Assembly: GCA_051294905.1 (NCBI GenBank)
Contig: CM119378.1
Coordinates: 6,386,001-6,450,000 of the forward strand
Source of the DNA: Botryllus schlosseri
Taxonomy: Eukaryota
DNA length: 64,000 nt
Direction: 5' to 3'
Shown: piece after piece, positions 1 to 13,425 of the stretch
Numbering within the stretch: position 1 is the first letter of the stretch
Layout of the letters: every line of letters starts with the position of its first letter
The notes under the pieces: generated by a model
Database searches by the model: none
Told to the model about the DNA's origin: nothing
What the model saw: the letters and a program-made list of their open reading frames with translations, nothing else
Program-made: the position numbers and the translations under genes

Positions 1-264
1 TGGTTACGCCAATGCATCAAATTTCGCGGTCAGGCTAATCATATTTTGGTTGGCCTTGCAATTTTACCTGATGTTATAACTATTTCGAGAACTACCTCGC
101 AGGTGACACAAAACCTTCTCGCGGGCCACATTTTGCCTGCGGGGCACGGTTTGGCTGCCCCTGATCTGTATCGTTACTAATAACAGTGATTGATGATACG
201 TACAAATCCTATAATCGTTGTACAAATATACAAAGATACCATTGAAAGCAATTGTCGTCATAAT

Positions 265-458
265 AGAGAAGTTGGAGTCGGAGTCGGAGTCGAAGTCAGG
301 GTCATTTTAACAAACTCCGACTCCTACACCAGTCTGTATTTTTTTCCACGATTCCAACTCCGACTCCAGCCACTACAGTTTTCACGACTCCGACTCCATC
401 AAGCGAAAATTAGCCAAATGCCGATTCCGACTCCACCGACTCCGACTCCACAGCCCTG
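265..458. mobile_element. hAT-type MITE with GGAGTC/GACTCC repeats
   Basis: Tandem GGAGTC and GACTCC units ending CCACAGCCCTG; left end degenerate. Confidence 0.55.
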
Positions 459-1105
459 TTGCCTCCTCCAGAATATGCAAACTTTGTTATCTCTGCCCCA
501 TACAGTATTTAGACAAATGCAATTTCAAATAATGTATTATCCGTGTAGTGCATAAAACTTTAATAAATATGTAATAATTGTATAAATACTTTCGTAAAAC
601 ATGTAGTAGGAGCTTTCGGACGACCTGCAATACATATAGTAGACATATACGATATGGCATGGTTGAAACCCTCGAAATCGTCGCCTGTCAAACAGTGAAA
701 GCACCTAGTTATGTATCACCGAAATGGAATTGATGTTCTGATGATCATGACCGCCGATCGTAACAATACTGCATGGCGTCAAATATAGTTTTTCGTCAAA
801 GAAGCCATATTGCAGGGTTGTAACCAAGTCACAAGGTTCCGGGTCACGAGTCAATCTTACTTTTGTGGTTTTGACTCGAGTCAAGTCGAGTCATTTTCAA
901 TTCATCACCGAGTCGAGTCCGAGTCCAAGTCACCGCTTAAAGGGCCAAGTCCGAGTCATAGTATTATGACTCGAGTCCGAGTCCAAGTCACAGTATTGAA
1001 GTCATAACCCATGTTTTCAATCCCGCTGGCGTGATATCGAATTCCCTGCTTGCCAGACATGCTTATTTTGTCCGTATCAGAGTCTTGGCACGTGTTTATT
1101 TAGGC

Positions 1106-2660
1106 CAGAGGTCTCAAACACGCGGCCCGCGGGCCGCATGCGGCCCTCGAGAACATTTTGTGCGGCCCGCAAAGTCATTTTTCGATTTCAAGTATTCGAC
1201 AATATTTTCTAGTGTCATATATCTTTATTTGATTTAGGAACTTAAAGTTCACTCTAAAACTACTTCAAAAACCTAAAATCTAAACAAACTTCACTATCAC
1301 AACACTTCCTAAAATCTACCATTCTGTGGGATATCGCTATTACGTCACATTTCAGATTCATGATGACAAAACATGACCCGTTGATGATTCGTGACTGAAA
1401 ATATTGATTTTGTTTAGTGCGACCTTTCGTTAAATTACTCGGTTTTGGATTGACTGAGTGATAAACTAATAATGACTCGATTTGAGCAGGGTCGAACGTT
1501 AAAATCAGAGGTCTTGCCTCTTGGAATAGTGACTTGGCAATCCTACGGACGCAAAAATCTATGAAACTGTCGTGAAATAAATAGTAATATAGCAAAAGCC
1601 AGTAGCTTGCGTTGCGTAGGGTATATAGAATAAAGAAATCTAATCAGGTCTGTTTGGAAACCATTTGCGTTCTGTGACCCCCGTGACGTAGATTTGGTGA
1701 CATCCTGGATGTTGTTTGTTCTCTCTGTCCATGTTATTATCGGTGGCGAGTAAGGTAGTGGTACGCCCCACAGTTGTAACACCAATGGATTCTTCGACGA
1801 TTAGTCATTTATATTCCAGGGGTCCGTGTACCCTTCGTGGTACAAAACACCACATCAGGGGGTACCATGATGCATTGTGGAAATTGGCCTATATGCTGTG
1901 GAATATTTTCTGGGCTAATTTATGCAACTGGAAAATATTCTTCGCGCTACGCGCGATTTTATGTGAATAGTCGTTCTGATTTTTATATAGGTCCCATCAG
2001 AAATTGTGTTGAAAATTGACAGCGATCACTGGAAATCTAATTGAAAGTACAGGGGGAACGATTGCTAAAACGGGTAAAAAACAATGTTATTACTATGGAA
2101 CAATATTGATTATATTTAAGTTGTTATTGATCTGTTCCAATATTAATCGAATAAAACCTAACGCTGGTTTAATTTGACTTCGGCAATGACAGTAACAATA
2201 GCCTATACTTATCACGAGTATATCAGAAACCTCGATTAGGCTACACCGCTCATATGCTCTGATATCAGATCAATCTTTCGTGAATTCTAAAATATTCTAC
2301 GTAAAATTGTGGCATTTCAAAGGTCCAATAGCTGCAATATTACAACCCGACAGCTTTTACGATATCATCATGCGTCCTCTCGCATGATGTATAAACTCAT
2401 TATTTCTAAAAATTATGCCCGGCACAAAAACTATTTTTTCAAATATTTGAAAATGTGATTTTTTTTCGTGCCAAGCGTGAATAGTATAATAGTAAATTAC
2501 ATTTTCTCGATGATTGTGGAATGTCTGTCTGCAAGATGCCGTTAAATAAGGCCTAGTTGGATATTATAGATTGAATACCCCTATTTATTAATGCTGCGGC
2601 CCGCGGGTCATCACATTTTAGGAGATTGGCCCGCGAGCACATTTGAGTTTGAGACCTCTG
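1106..2660. mobile_element. Non-autonomous hAT (Charlie/Buster-type)
   Basis: TIRs CAGAGGTCTCAAAC / GTTTGAGACCTCTG; perfect TSD ATTTAGGC. Confidence 0.9.
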
Positions 2661-3086
2661 ATTTAGGCAGATTACGGACAGTTCCTGGCCTCATTTACTG
2701 ATGCTACAAATAGACGGGACAGGCCGCGAGTATGATAAGTTTACTAATCTTAGAACTTAAAATCAAATATCTGTCTTGTCAGTCGGATACATCACAAATA
2801 CAAGCATTCAGTTTTTATTACTAGCACATTGACGACAGCTCACAAATAGCTGATAGAGAGCCAAAGAATTCAAGTCTACATACTATTTGATGGAGAACCT
2901 ACGAATTCACGTCTACATACCAGGTGATAGAGAATCAACAGATGCATGTTTATGTAGACTAGAGGTATATTCACCAGGCCAGCATGCTGTAAAAGCGTGC
3001 ATGCAGCTATGTGCAGTGACAAAAGGTTTTCCCAATTGCATTACAGACTACATCGCAGTTACATCATTGGAGAAATAAGTGTACAA

Positions 3087-3577
3087 TGAGGCTGTTAAAA
3101 AACATTTTTTTGAAATTTTCCGGCTACTTCTTAAAATTGTTAGATTGCCTAAAAAAACTCAAATTTGGCTCAATTCCAACCGGTAGAAAGCAATGCTATG
3201 AGAGAAAATTTTGGATTAATTACGAATCGACATTTTTGAATTTTACCGGCTACCTCATGATATTGTTAGATTGTGTGAAAATATGATTCATAGCAAATTT
3301 GGCTCAATTCCAACTATAGAAAGCGAAGTTATTAGAGTAGAATAATTTGGATTAAAAAAAAATAGTCGGCTTACTACTAGTATGTAATTATATTATATGA
3401 AAGAATTTCTCACTAAAAATACTCCATTAATTTACAAATCCAAAATTTTCTCCTCTCAGATCATTGATTCTACTTTTTAAAATTTGGCCTGATTCAGTGT
3501 TCTTTTAATGCAACATATCAATTTTATCAAGTAGCCACCCAGTAAGATAAAAAATAAGTTATTTTTGAACAGCCCTA
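3087..3577. mobile_element. Fold-back MITE, diverged member of the 7411 family
   Basis: Termini (TGA)GGCTGTT / AACAGCCCTA; TSD GTGTACAA/TTGTACAA (7 of 8 match). Confidence 0.7.
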
Positions 3578-3690
3578 TTGTACAAGCATCACACAGCATT
3601 AGCCATTCATTATTACTCACGTGCACAATGCACATACCTAACAAAACGTCAAATGGACGGAGAGTATTGTGTGTTTTCACAGACTGCCGA

Positions 3691-4080
3691 TCAAATCAAT
3701 GATGAGTTACACTTCAAAAATACCAAAGTGGACAAGAGATCCTCAGATATATTAAAACTGCATGGCCTTAGAATAAATCCACATCTACTGAATACACATT
3801 CCACTGATGCACTAGATGCAGGAATTGACAAGCATTTTTGAACATCACTGAAGAGCATGGGATACTCATTATTTCTAGTCGCCCAAAAATACAAAGAATT
3901 ATCGCCTTCAAATCTACACATGAGCTTATCAGTCTCTTCCAAGACCTTCACCATCTGAGTCATTGCATTGGCTCTAATTGAACTTTGCTTCGATTGTTTG
4001 CTTGTATAATTGAAAAGTCTTGACTACTTTGATTGCGGAGGATTTATTACCTCTTCATCACTGGATGATTTTGCACAATG
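3691..4080 (-). pseudogene. hAT transposase C-terminal dimerisation-domain remnant
   Basis: FW...EYPML...CLSIPASSASVECVFSRCG...LVFLKCN matches the Dimer_Tnp_hAT signature. An in-frame stop lies upstream. Confidence 0.85.
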
Positions 4081-4202
4081 CATTGCCAGTGTGCTATGTC
4101 TGTTGTTTTTATGGCGGCATATCTGATATCAGACGAGTGCAACGAAAGCAGTGGTGACAAATAGCGATGTCGGCAGAATTCGTCAGATGCGTTGATCTAG
4201 CC

Positions 4203-5002
4203 CAGGGGTCACCAACACGCGGCCCGCGGGCCGCATGCGGCCCGCCAGGTCATATTTTGCGGCCCGCGACATGATTTGAGATTTCGGAAGAAAGCTAAGA
4301 AAACATTTTGAAATTCTGAAATTGACGTGCAATGGCCCAAACACTGTCAATACCGAGACACCTAGAAAACTGCTTAGGGAAGTGGTTCTAAAACTGAGGG
4401 TACGTCCCCCATATGGGGTCGTGAAAGCATCTGAAGGGGCCGTGGAGCTGCGTTCAACTAAAAAAAAAAATTTGCGCTGGGCGCGATTTTCCTCGAATTT
4501 ATAGTTATAGCTAGTGCTCTGTGTATAATCCGGAATTCATATTATAAAATTCTCTCGTCAACATTCATAACCTTCCATACCATCAAACTATACGTTCGGA
4601 TAGCCAGCATTATGGATGCATTTTGTGATATGACGATAAGGGGGCGCGAAATTTTTTAGTATCATATAGTGGGGCATATCAAAAAAGGTTTGAGAACCAC
4701 TGGCTTAGGGCTTTCCCACAAGATTAAGCTTCAAGTGGGGATGGTTTTTCAGCTAGTTACGTATCTCGCTAGTCCCAAAAAGCGTTTCTAGGTATCGTTC
4801 ACAGCTCGCAGTTTGAAATAAAATGAAATTGATGACAGTGATACTCTGTTGTATTTTTATCCCTTGATTAAAATATTACTTTTTTGTGGTCACTATACCC
4901 ATTGCCTATGTTCGGTAGAACAGCGTTGTACTGACGTAGAGTTTTAAAACGTGGTTGCCCCCTTTATATCGAAATTGAATTTATGCGGCCCGCGGCCGCT
5001 AC
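4203..5002. mobile_element. Charlie-type MITE with a nested Charlie-type MITE at 4380-4702
   Basis: Left TIR CAGGGGTCACCAAC with GCGGCCCGCGGG subterminal motifs; the right end is degenerate. The nested element has (A)AGTGGTTCT / AGAACCACTG ends and a perfect TSD GCTTAGGG. Confidence 0.75.
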
Positions 5003-5250
5003 GTCTAGCCATTACGATTCGCAAATTTCTTCATCTTCAAGTCATACAAAATAAGCCAAATCAGTGACTTTGGTCGAGTCATGCATAATGACTCGAGTAC
5101 AAGTCGAGTCAATCCAAATATTGACTCGAGTCGAGTCGAGTCATTTTCCCATTTCAAAAAAAATGACTCGAGTCAAGTCGAGTCACAAAAAAAATCATGA
5201 GTCGAGTCATTACAACCCTGCCATATTGACCCTATATTTACAATTCCAGT

Positions 5251-5740
5251 CAGGGTTGTATTGAGTCGAGTCAAGACTTGACTCGAGTCCGACTCGAGTC
5301 GCGATTTTCTGATGAGTCGATTTGGAATCGAGTCATTGCGCATGACTCGAACCAAGTCATATGACTCGAGTCTCAGACGGCCAAGACCGACATTTCAGTG
5401 TATTTTCGAAGAATGGTAATTATAACCACACTGTTGATATTTCGCCTATTGGTATGCTGGTATACTTGAAAATGCGACAAGAAACTGTTAAAAGTGAGTG
5501 AAATTAGTATATTGTAAATGCGAACCATTCGATATCACCAAACAGAGTCATAAAAAGTGGTTTAAAGAAGACTTTAAATCGAAACTGAGCAGTCTACGCG
5601 ACGACTTGGACCCGTACTGGAGTCATAATACCATGACTTGGATTCGACCCTCTGCTCGCTGACTTGGATTCGGACTTGACTCGAGTCACAACTATAACAG
5701 TGAGATTGACTTGTGACTCGGAGCCTTGTGACTTGGGTAT
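5251..5740 (-). mobile_element. Short inverted copy of the 813-5220 family
   Basis: Begins CAGGGTTGTA with GAGTC repeats; 5590-5740 is the reverse complement of 820-1000. Confidence 0.7.
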
Positions 5741-6339
5741 GGATGTAATTATCATGGAATCGTATAACAATGCGAATCCACTGTGCTGTAACAATGGAAA
5801 AGATGCGACGTCGTGTTTTCAGAAAGGGTCATGTTTGTTTGCTTCAAATTGATTTTTGTTTTTATGCAACCCTTAATAATTAAATAGACGTATTGACGTG
5901 AAATGGCGATGAAACTAGCAATATTTTCAAATGCAACCCAGATATGAGAATATATACGGGTCGTTAGCTAGTAACATTGCTTTATTTCATATGGTTTGTA
6001 TACGGGGATCACTCCTGTTTTATTCATATAACTTGTGTACTGTGTAGTTACCATATTCCCTCACGACGTTAAAAAGTGCGCCATTTAAAGACCGACGTGC
6101 TAGCTGATCAATTCTAGAATATACGAGATGCAATTAGATCGTTTTTCTGTGCAAAATTTCACAGCTAGAATTTCCATCGAATATACATGAACCTTAGCCT
6201 ATACTGTCTGTTAATTTCTCAAATAACCAAGTCGCTGAGATAAACCACGAAGCGCATGAATTATTCGTTTATTAATCCGCTCCCCTCCATATCCAATATA
6301 ATGTATTCATTCGCAGTCAGGCGTATAGACTGAGAGACA

Positions 6340-6510
6340 AGTCACCGGCCCGATGGAATGGAATCTATGGTATCTCAGCATCTCCACCAGCGCTCTATCC
6401 GAGGCATGGTATGGAAGTATATGGTATGGAATACGGAAATGTGTAAGGATGGTATGGTATGAAAGTTTCCCAAGTATGGTATGGAATCGTTTTTCCATAC
6501 TAACATACTT
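6340..6510. repeat. TATGG/ATGGA-rich repeat, related to ~8455-8585
   Basis: Degenerate atggt/atgga pentamer arrays, probably subterminal repeats of a hAT family. Confidence 0.5.
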
Positions 6511-7410
6511 TTCCGTACTTTAACAGTTTTTCCAAAACCATGAAAATTATCGTACTTTTGATTTGTTAAGTTGATTGCACGCCTCAAAAAATCGCTCACT
6601 GTCTATGTTCATATCTCAAATTGCAATTCATGACTCACCCACCCCAGTCGACCACTAATTTAAGACAAATATGCACAACGCGCATATGAATGAAATTAAT
6701 ATTAATGATAATTATTTCAATCTAAATATTATAAAAACCAATGATATTCGACCGCCGTCGTGATACAACTTGCATTTCGCTTATCGTAACTTCCACTCCG
6801 AGAACTAACAAGGAAGTTTTAAAATCGTAGACTACGAATGTATAGGCTACCCACCAGTTATATGAATATTTATATCTATATGTTGAACTTGGAAATAATT
6901 TTCTGCGCTTTGGTGGGATGATCATCACGCAATATCTATTGAAAATAACCATCATTGTAATTCAAAAATATGTAGCTTGTCTTGAAGCTACGTTACGATA
7001 TGCCGGCCTCCAACGCGCATTGTACCTTCATGAAATCTGGTTATCTATGATAACAGAATGGATACCCTGCTGTTGGCTATTGAAGCTAATAAGTGTGAGG
7101 ATTGTGAGAGATTAGCGAGGAAATTAGATATTTGATCCGGTGTCGCAAAATTATTGTAGCGATGTAAAATTTTATGCTAAGATATATTTTAATGCAGACG
7201 TTTGCAACCGGCGGTAAATTATGGGTTTCTGGTTGGAAATAGACATACTTGAAAAAGAATTCCTTACATTGTTAACCTCGTTTATTAAATATCTTTATAA
7301 AATTCAGATCGTAACTGTAATATTTCTCAGCTCATTTGGAATTCAGCAATTCGTATTATCAGTGCCATCGATTAGCGAGAATTGACTGGACACTGGACAG
7401 CGGTGAGCAA

Positions 7411-8029
7411 TAGGGTGGTTCGAAAATAACCTTTTTTCCTGAATCTTGCAGGTTACTTGATTAAATCGTTAGGTTGCCTTAAAAAACGACGCACACCAAA
7501 TTTGAATTCATTCCAACCAATATTCGCGGATTTCGTAGAGTTTGAAAATTTTGAATTTGCCTAAAAATGCAAAAAAAAATTTTTTTCAAATTTTCCTTCC
7601 AACCTTATGAAATTGTTGCGCTGTCTTCAAAAACGATGGAAAACAAATTTGACTCAATTCCAAGCTGCAGAAGCGGAGTTATTCAAGTTTTTTGATGATA
7701 ATTCTGAGATGATCCACCAATCAAGGATAATCCCAGAATTATCAAAGAAAAACTGAAATAACTCCACTTCTACGGCTTCGAATTGAGTCAAATTTGTTTT
7801 GCATCGTTTTCGAAGACAGCGCAACAATTTCATGGGGTTGGCAAAAAAATTTGAAAAAATTTTTTTTTTGCATTTTTAGGCAAATTCAAAATTTTCAAAC
7901 TCTACGAAATCCGCGAATATTGGTTGGAATGAATTCAAATTTGGTGTGCGTCGTTTTTTAAGGCAACCTAACGATTTAATCAAGTAACCTGCAAGATTCA
8001 GGAAAAAAGGTTATTTTTGAACCACCCTA
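7411..8029. mobile_element. Near-perfect fold-back (palindromic) hAT MITE
   Basis: Arms of ~300 bp in inverted orientation, TAGGGTGGTTC / GAACCACCCTA termini, perfect TSD GTGAGCAA. Partial copies at ~41487-41894 and ~52463-52901. Confidence 0.92.
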
Positions 8030-8861
8030 GTGAGCAATCTTTCGTATAGGTTGTTATTCACTTGCATGCGAAATGGTGTTATTGAAATCTCCTAGTTCGT
8101 TATAACAGAGCTCATATGTACATGAATATGTATTCACGGGGGATCGCTAACTCACTAATTCTTAGCATAGCCGGACTCCTCACAGAATACAGATGAAAAG
8201 ACATTTATTTATTTTCAAGTTATAGTAAAGCATGCGAAAGTGTAGCTTATGGCGGCTTAATATATCTAACATACGCATAAGTTCGTCAACACCAGGAAGT
8301 TTACCTGACCTATGCATTGTTCGGTATCATTGTATCATTGGTGCATCGTCATTGCTGTTTAAATGGATATAATTTCGTCCAGTATAATTAGAATATAAAC
8401 GACGGAACTTTCCACACATAAAAAATAGAACATCTCTTGAGAGGTTGCGCAAGTTGCGAAAGTATGGGAAAAGTATCAAATATGGAATGGAAAATTATGA
8501 AGTATGGTACACGAAACGATTGGCGTGGATATGGAGTATGGAAATTTCCCATTCCATTCCATTCCATATCATACCATGCCCTGGCTTTATGTTGGCGACC
8601 AGTGTTTATTAGCGATATATAGGTCATTGATAATTGTAAAATGCACACACACGCTGTTTTGTGTAAAAAAAAGTTCTGTATTTATTACAATGCACAGTGA
8701 GCTCTACATAGTAAAGCACCGTCAAGTGTAGTTCGTTTCTTTATTGTTCAATTTTTCTGCGTTTTCATTTTTTATTTTATGGTGAATTATGGGAATAACT
8801 GAGATAGGGGTGCAGCTTGGGCTATGTATCTGTGGCATTCCGAAATAGATTTCCCGGCCTC

Positions 8862-8950
8862 TTTCTCTCTCGTCCTCGCTGCCGCCCTCTCTCGCTCTCG
8901 TTGTCACTCTCTCTCTCGCTCCCTCCCTCTCTCTCTCTCTCTCCCTCTCT
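8862..8950. repeat. Imperfect (CT)n microsatellite
   Basis: ctctctctctcgctccctccctctctctct run. Confidence 0.85.
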
Positions 8951-9653
8951 GTATCTGTCCGTCAATGTCGCTACCAGAGGCTACCAACCTTTTTACACCG
9001 TGATCAATTTTTGATATTTTGATATCGTTAGAGGTACCATATTTTGGAATCGGGAAAGTTTGAGGACACTTTTACCAACCATAAAAGTTGGTTTAACGAA
9101 ATTGAACAGCTTATTTTGAAATATTTACAGGAAAACTTGTGTTTACTAAAAATAAAGAAGAAAGTCATCGAACTAATTCGAATCCCGAATGAGCCGTTCG
9201 AACGTCCTCCTTCCCTATTTCGCGTTATTTATGCCGATTTTCAATTGACCCAGTCCATTACCCTAGCTGTAAAAGCTGTAAATAGGAGGACGAATTGTAA
9301 AATGGAGTACTTTTTGGCGTCCTCGGAGGACATTTCCAATTCCCTGAAAAACTAGGACGTATATCGTAACCCTATCTGATTATTCATGGTCTTTTGAGAT
9401 TACGTCATGGCCATCAGGTTCAGGACCCCTGCTATAGACTCTGTAACGATGACTATATATGTATGTCGAATTTCACAATTTCATATCCATGATCACCTCG
9501 CGTCTGAAAGCGATCAACGACATTCGAAGAAATGGGGATGTTAAACCGGGACGTCACGTCCTGTTATAGCAGTAATAAAGTAACTTACTCATATACTAAG
9601 CCACTTCATTATCGTGCCTTGCAGGTATTCCTAAAAGCTTGTGTAATCTAGAT

Positions 9654-11343
9654 CAGTGGTTCTCAACCTTTTTCACCTCGCGGACCGGTAAAATTTCGAA
9701 AAATACTTGACGGACCGGTGGAATTCCAAAAATTGAAATCAACCGAACGAGAGTATTTACAGTCTTTCGCGTCGTAGGCCATGTATGTAACCGACCACGC
9801 CAACTGGAATAATATTCCTCTCTTCGACAATATCGAGAGAAGAAGTGTTTCGAAGTGGAACCAAGAATCTTGTCGTGCTACCTTGCTCAATGCTTATTGC
9901 CAACAGCACCAGTCGTAGGCAACTCTTGCTACTACAGATACAATGCGCCGCACGAAAACACCTGACCACAGCTATACCTGGCCATCCACAAAACTGGGAC
10001 CCAAAACCACTTCGTCACCCAACCCCCCCATAAAATGTTGGTCTTATTCCTTCTACAGTTGGATGGATTTTTTCACCAGTACTCGCGAACACATCCATTC
10101 TAGTTCGTCTATGCAGAGAGTATCTGTAGCCTAATCGCGCGAAGCGCGGAAATTTTTTATAATTCATGACCGAATCGGCCAATAATATTATTAATTGCGT
10201 ATATATTGCTCTATTTTTTTAAATCCTTTCAGAATTATCAGATTTTCCGGTAGAGCTGAGTACGGCGTTGTCTTGGAAAATTTAGGACATGTCACTAACA
10301 TTAAACATATTCGGCGGGCGTGTTGGAATAATTACTTTGTTGTATGTCATTATGTCATGACGTTCAGACTTGGACAACTAGAAAATTTTCGGCTTCTCCA
10401 AATTAGATTAGAATTGGATTACTGGCATTCGATCTAATTTAGTGAAATTAGACAACTAGAATTATCTAGTTGTCCGAGCATATACTTGAACAACTAGAAA
10501 ATTTTCAGCTTTTCCAAATTAGATTAGAATTAGATTATTGGCATTTCGCTCTAATTTAGTGAAATTAGACTACTAGAATTACCTAGTTGTCCAAGTCTGA
10601 TGACGTACTGTCTGTTATATATAGTGAATAGATATTGATATCGCCCAAGCGCACTAAACTAGAATACGCACACAATTCCAAATTAGTATTTCTTCACTGG
10701 AAAATAACTGTACTCTGTGAAATGGTATTTGTCTTGTTGGGTACAGATTGTCAGGACGGTGAAATTCTGCGCCAGCCATTTAGGTGCCTATGGACAATGT
10801 GACACATATCTATCGAAGTTTCGGTCAACAAAGGGCAGTCCTTTTCGGCCAAGGTGTTCTCTCTGCCGAATCTTTGGCACACTTTTCGGAGTCCTATGTT
10901 CGTCTAAATTTCATAATGTGTTGGTGCGTCGCAGCGCGGCAATGGCTGACGCTGGAATGCCTATTCCTATATATCATGCGTGTTTCGTGGGGGAAGGGCA
11001 CCCAATAAGCAAGTCATTTAGTGAGACTAAATCGGGAAAAGCGCGGAATTGTTTTTTTAAAAGTTGGATGAAGTTTCAAAGAAATACTCTATAATTTATG
11101 TTCATTCACGAAATCACTTTGGGCCTCCTTCAATAGGCGGTTTGGGTGAGGTAGTTACGGTTCTGCACTAAATGAATAAATCGAAAACGAATGATCGTGC
11201 GGACTGCATGCGCGGTTTGGCGAGTCAGCTCGTACCTTTTGCATCTTGAAATCAAGGTATAAAATTGTAAAATACCTGGCGGACCGGCAGGAAGGTCGTC
11301 GCGGACCGGCACCGGTCCGCGGACCGGCGGTTGAGAACCACTG
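9654..11343. mobile_element. Non-autonomous hAT (Charlie/Buster-type) with nested MITE dimer at 10365-10599
   Basis: TIRs CAGTGGTTCTCAACC / GGTTGAGAACCACTG; perfect TSD ATCTAGAT. The nested element has CAGACTTGGACAAC TIRs and TSD ATGACGTT/ATGACGTA. Confidence 0.92.
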
Positions 11344-12109
11344 ATCTAGATGCATGAAGATGATATCTAATGGGCTACAACAAATCTGATAATGGAATGA
11401 ATAGTTAATATAAATTGGAAGACTCCTGTCAAAGCGAATTAACAATGCATGCAGGGCGAAAATACAAGTCTACACAACTGATCGAAATATAATTGTATGC
11501 GTGAGTTTAGAGTATTCATGAATTTTGAATTTGATATGTGCATTGATATTACGTTTCATTTTCTTGTTCCATTTCATAACAAGCGGTGTATAGTATACTT
11601 TCGTCTGCTTTAAATTGCTGAATTGAGATCCTTGCGTTTAAGCCTATTACCGCCAATCGCGATCATAATGCGACACATGCTGACACTTGGTCCCTCCCAA
11701 ATTTTATTAGACTCCACTCTTGCGTCTGTGGTTTATAATTCTCTCCATCTGTAGAGAAATCACGTGGGCTACAGGACGGGCGATTTCACTAAATCATGGT
11801 GCGTCACTAATAATGGTCCGGTTATAAATTGACAGCACCGAGAGAAAATGAATGTTACGAAAACTACTGATGTTCATAGCTATTTCCACATGCTTTCGTT
11901 AGAGATCATTTCTCTTCCTGTCTGACGACAGATTTCAAGTTCGATTTAGCGCAGAAATGGCAGGTTCGAATGTACTCGTCTTTAATATATGGAGTTCTGA
12001 GGCAATATATGATGGTTATATAGAATGAGGTTTACTTTGGTTCTGTTCCTTCAAATTTTACAAATGAGTTTGAAAAATTGTTCGTCACATCGTAACCAGC
12101 GTTGCAAGC

Positions 12110-12230
12110 GTGATACGATTGTTGATATACAATGTTCTTTCCAATTCTATACTAGTTGCTGACGATTACCCCTGACGAGTGTCAGCCGAAAATATTCGGG
12201 TTCATTTCAATATGAATATACTATTCAATT
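12110..12230. repeat. ~120-bp dispersed repeat (copies ~15881-15985 and inverted 56493-56611)
   Basis: Near-identical gtgatacgattgttgatatacaatg...cccctgacgagtgtcagc...ttcatttcaat sequence, flanked by 10-11-bp direct repeats in two copies. Confidence 0.75.
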
Positions 12231-12743
12231 GCAAGCGTAACTGTGAACTACAATTCAGAAGTCGCTAACAGCCTGTTGTTGGCTGTATATTGTCTCGTCT
12301 GCCCGCAAGCTATTGATATAATAATTCTTCTACCTAATTCGATGACATCATCGGGTCTAATTTCGCCAAGTACAAAGAGAAACGGCAAATAAGGGATCCT
12401 TCTAATAAATCGTATTGGTGAATCATGGAATCGTCGTTATACTCGAGAATTATGGCTATGTCAGCCGACTTCACTATAATTTACATCGCTGTTACGCCCT
12501 GTTCTTTTCGCTCTTCAGATATGAATAATATTCGTCGTCGACTTTTCATTAGGGGTGAGAAACGCGGTGTATTTGAATATAAAATGACTGTTTTCAAAGT
12601 TATAGTCCAAGACGCGAAAGATAGCGAGTGTATCGGTGGGGGGGGGGGCACGTAGATGCTGCATGTTGTCTGAAATGCGACCGCATACGAAGGAAGATGT
12701 ATCGTGGGATTTATACAGCAAACGTGCACATTAATGGTTAAGC

Positions 12744-13425
12744 CAGTGGTTCTCAACCGGTGTGCCGCGGTACAGTGCCATTTACGTCTCGCAAGGGTGC
12801 CGCGAGACATTTTAAAATTTTATAGCAAATGATCAATAATCTAAATCGGGCCCGATGTGAGATTTGTACATTTGATCTGTGGGTGGCTTCTAGTAGAACT
12901 ATTAATGTATTGCTGTCCTCGCGCGCGATACACGACCTGCCTGGAAATGCGTTTGACACCATTATACGCCTCTGTATTCATTGGTGGCGGTATTGGGCAG
13001 AGTTTATTGTCAAACAAATCCTATGGAATAGTACCTAAACGCAACCAGAAGTTTCAACGAGATCGCAGCAGGCCAGTTATGTGGTAGCATGGATAATAGC
13101 TGAAAATTCGAAACCTCTCACGGAAGCGTAGAAAGTTATTCTTCCGGCTTGCATTAGAATTGTAAAAAAATTGTTTGAGGCCAAAGCTGTGGAAGAATTG
13201 AAAAAAGTCCCATGCCAAAGGGTACCATTCGTTGGCATATTTGTGACGTGTCCGCAGATATGGAGGATGCAGTAACTCCTTCTTTGAAGCCGGCAAAAGC
13301 GTACTTGAGGGCTCCTTAAAGGTAGAAGTACTTCATCACAGACCACCTCTGTACGGTTGTGAGCGCGGCTAAGTATTCTGGTAGTTTGCAGGTGCGGTAA
13401 GCCAAAAAAGTCCAGAACCGTTGTG
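12744..13425 (+). mobile_element. Charlie-type hAT remnant carrying a transposase fragment (~13054-13275)
   Basis: Left TIR CAGTGGTTCTCAACC. Internal translation ASYVVAWIIAENSKPLTEA*KVILPACIRIVKKLF...LKKVP resembles the Charlie/ZBED5/FAM200 segment ASY.VA..IAK..KP.T..E..ILPA; it has a stop and a frameshift. Confidence 0.75.

Larger units (their letters stand above)
813..5220. mobile_element. Large defective hAT transposon with GACTCGAGTC subterminal repeats
   Basis: TIRs CAGGGTTGTAA / TTACAACCCTG and a perfect 8-bp TSD CCATATTG (805-812, 5221-5228). Contains a transposase remnant and several nested MITEs. Confidence 0.88.

Noticed and set aside
190-1007. ORFs 190-555 and 810-1007 (and 5064-5794)
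   Set aside because: Translations of GAGTC/GACTC subterminal repeats of hAT elements.
10365-10599. Repeat-spacer-like pattern suggesting CRISPR
   Set aside because: Eukaryotic context, no unique spacers or cas genes; it is a tandem MITE dimer.
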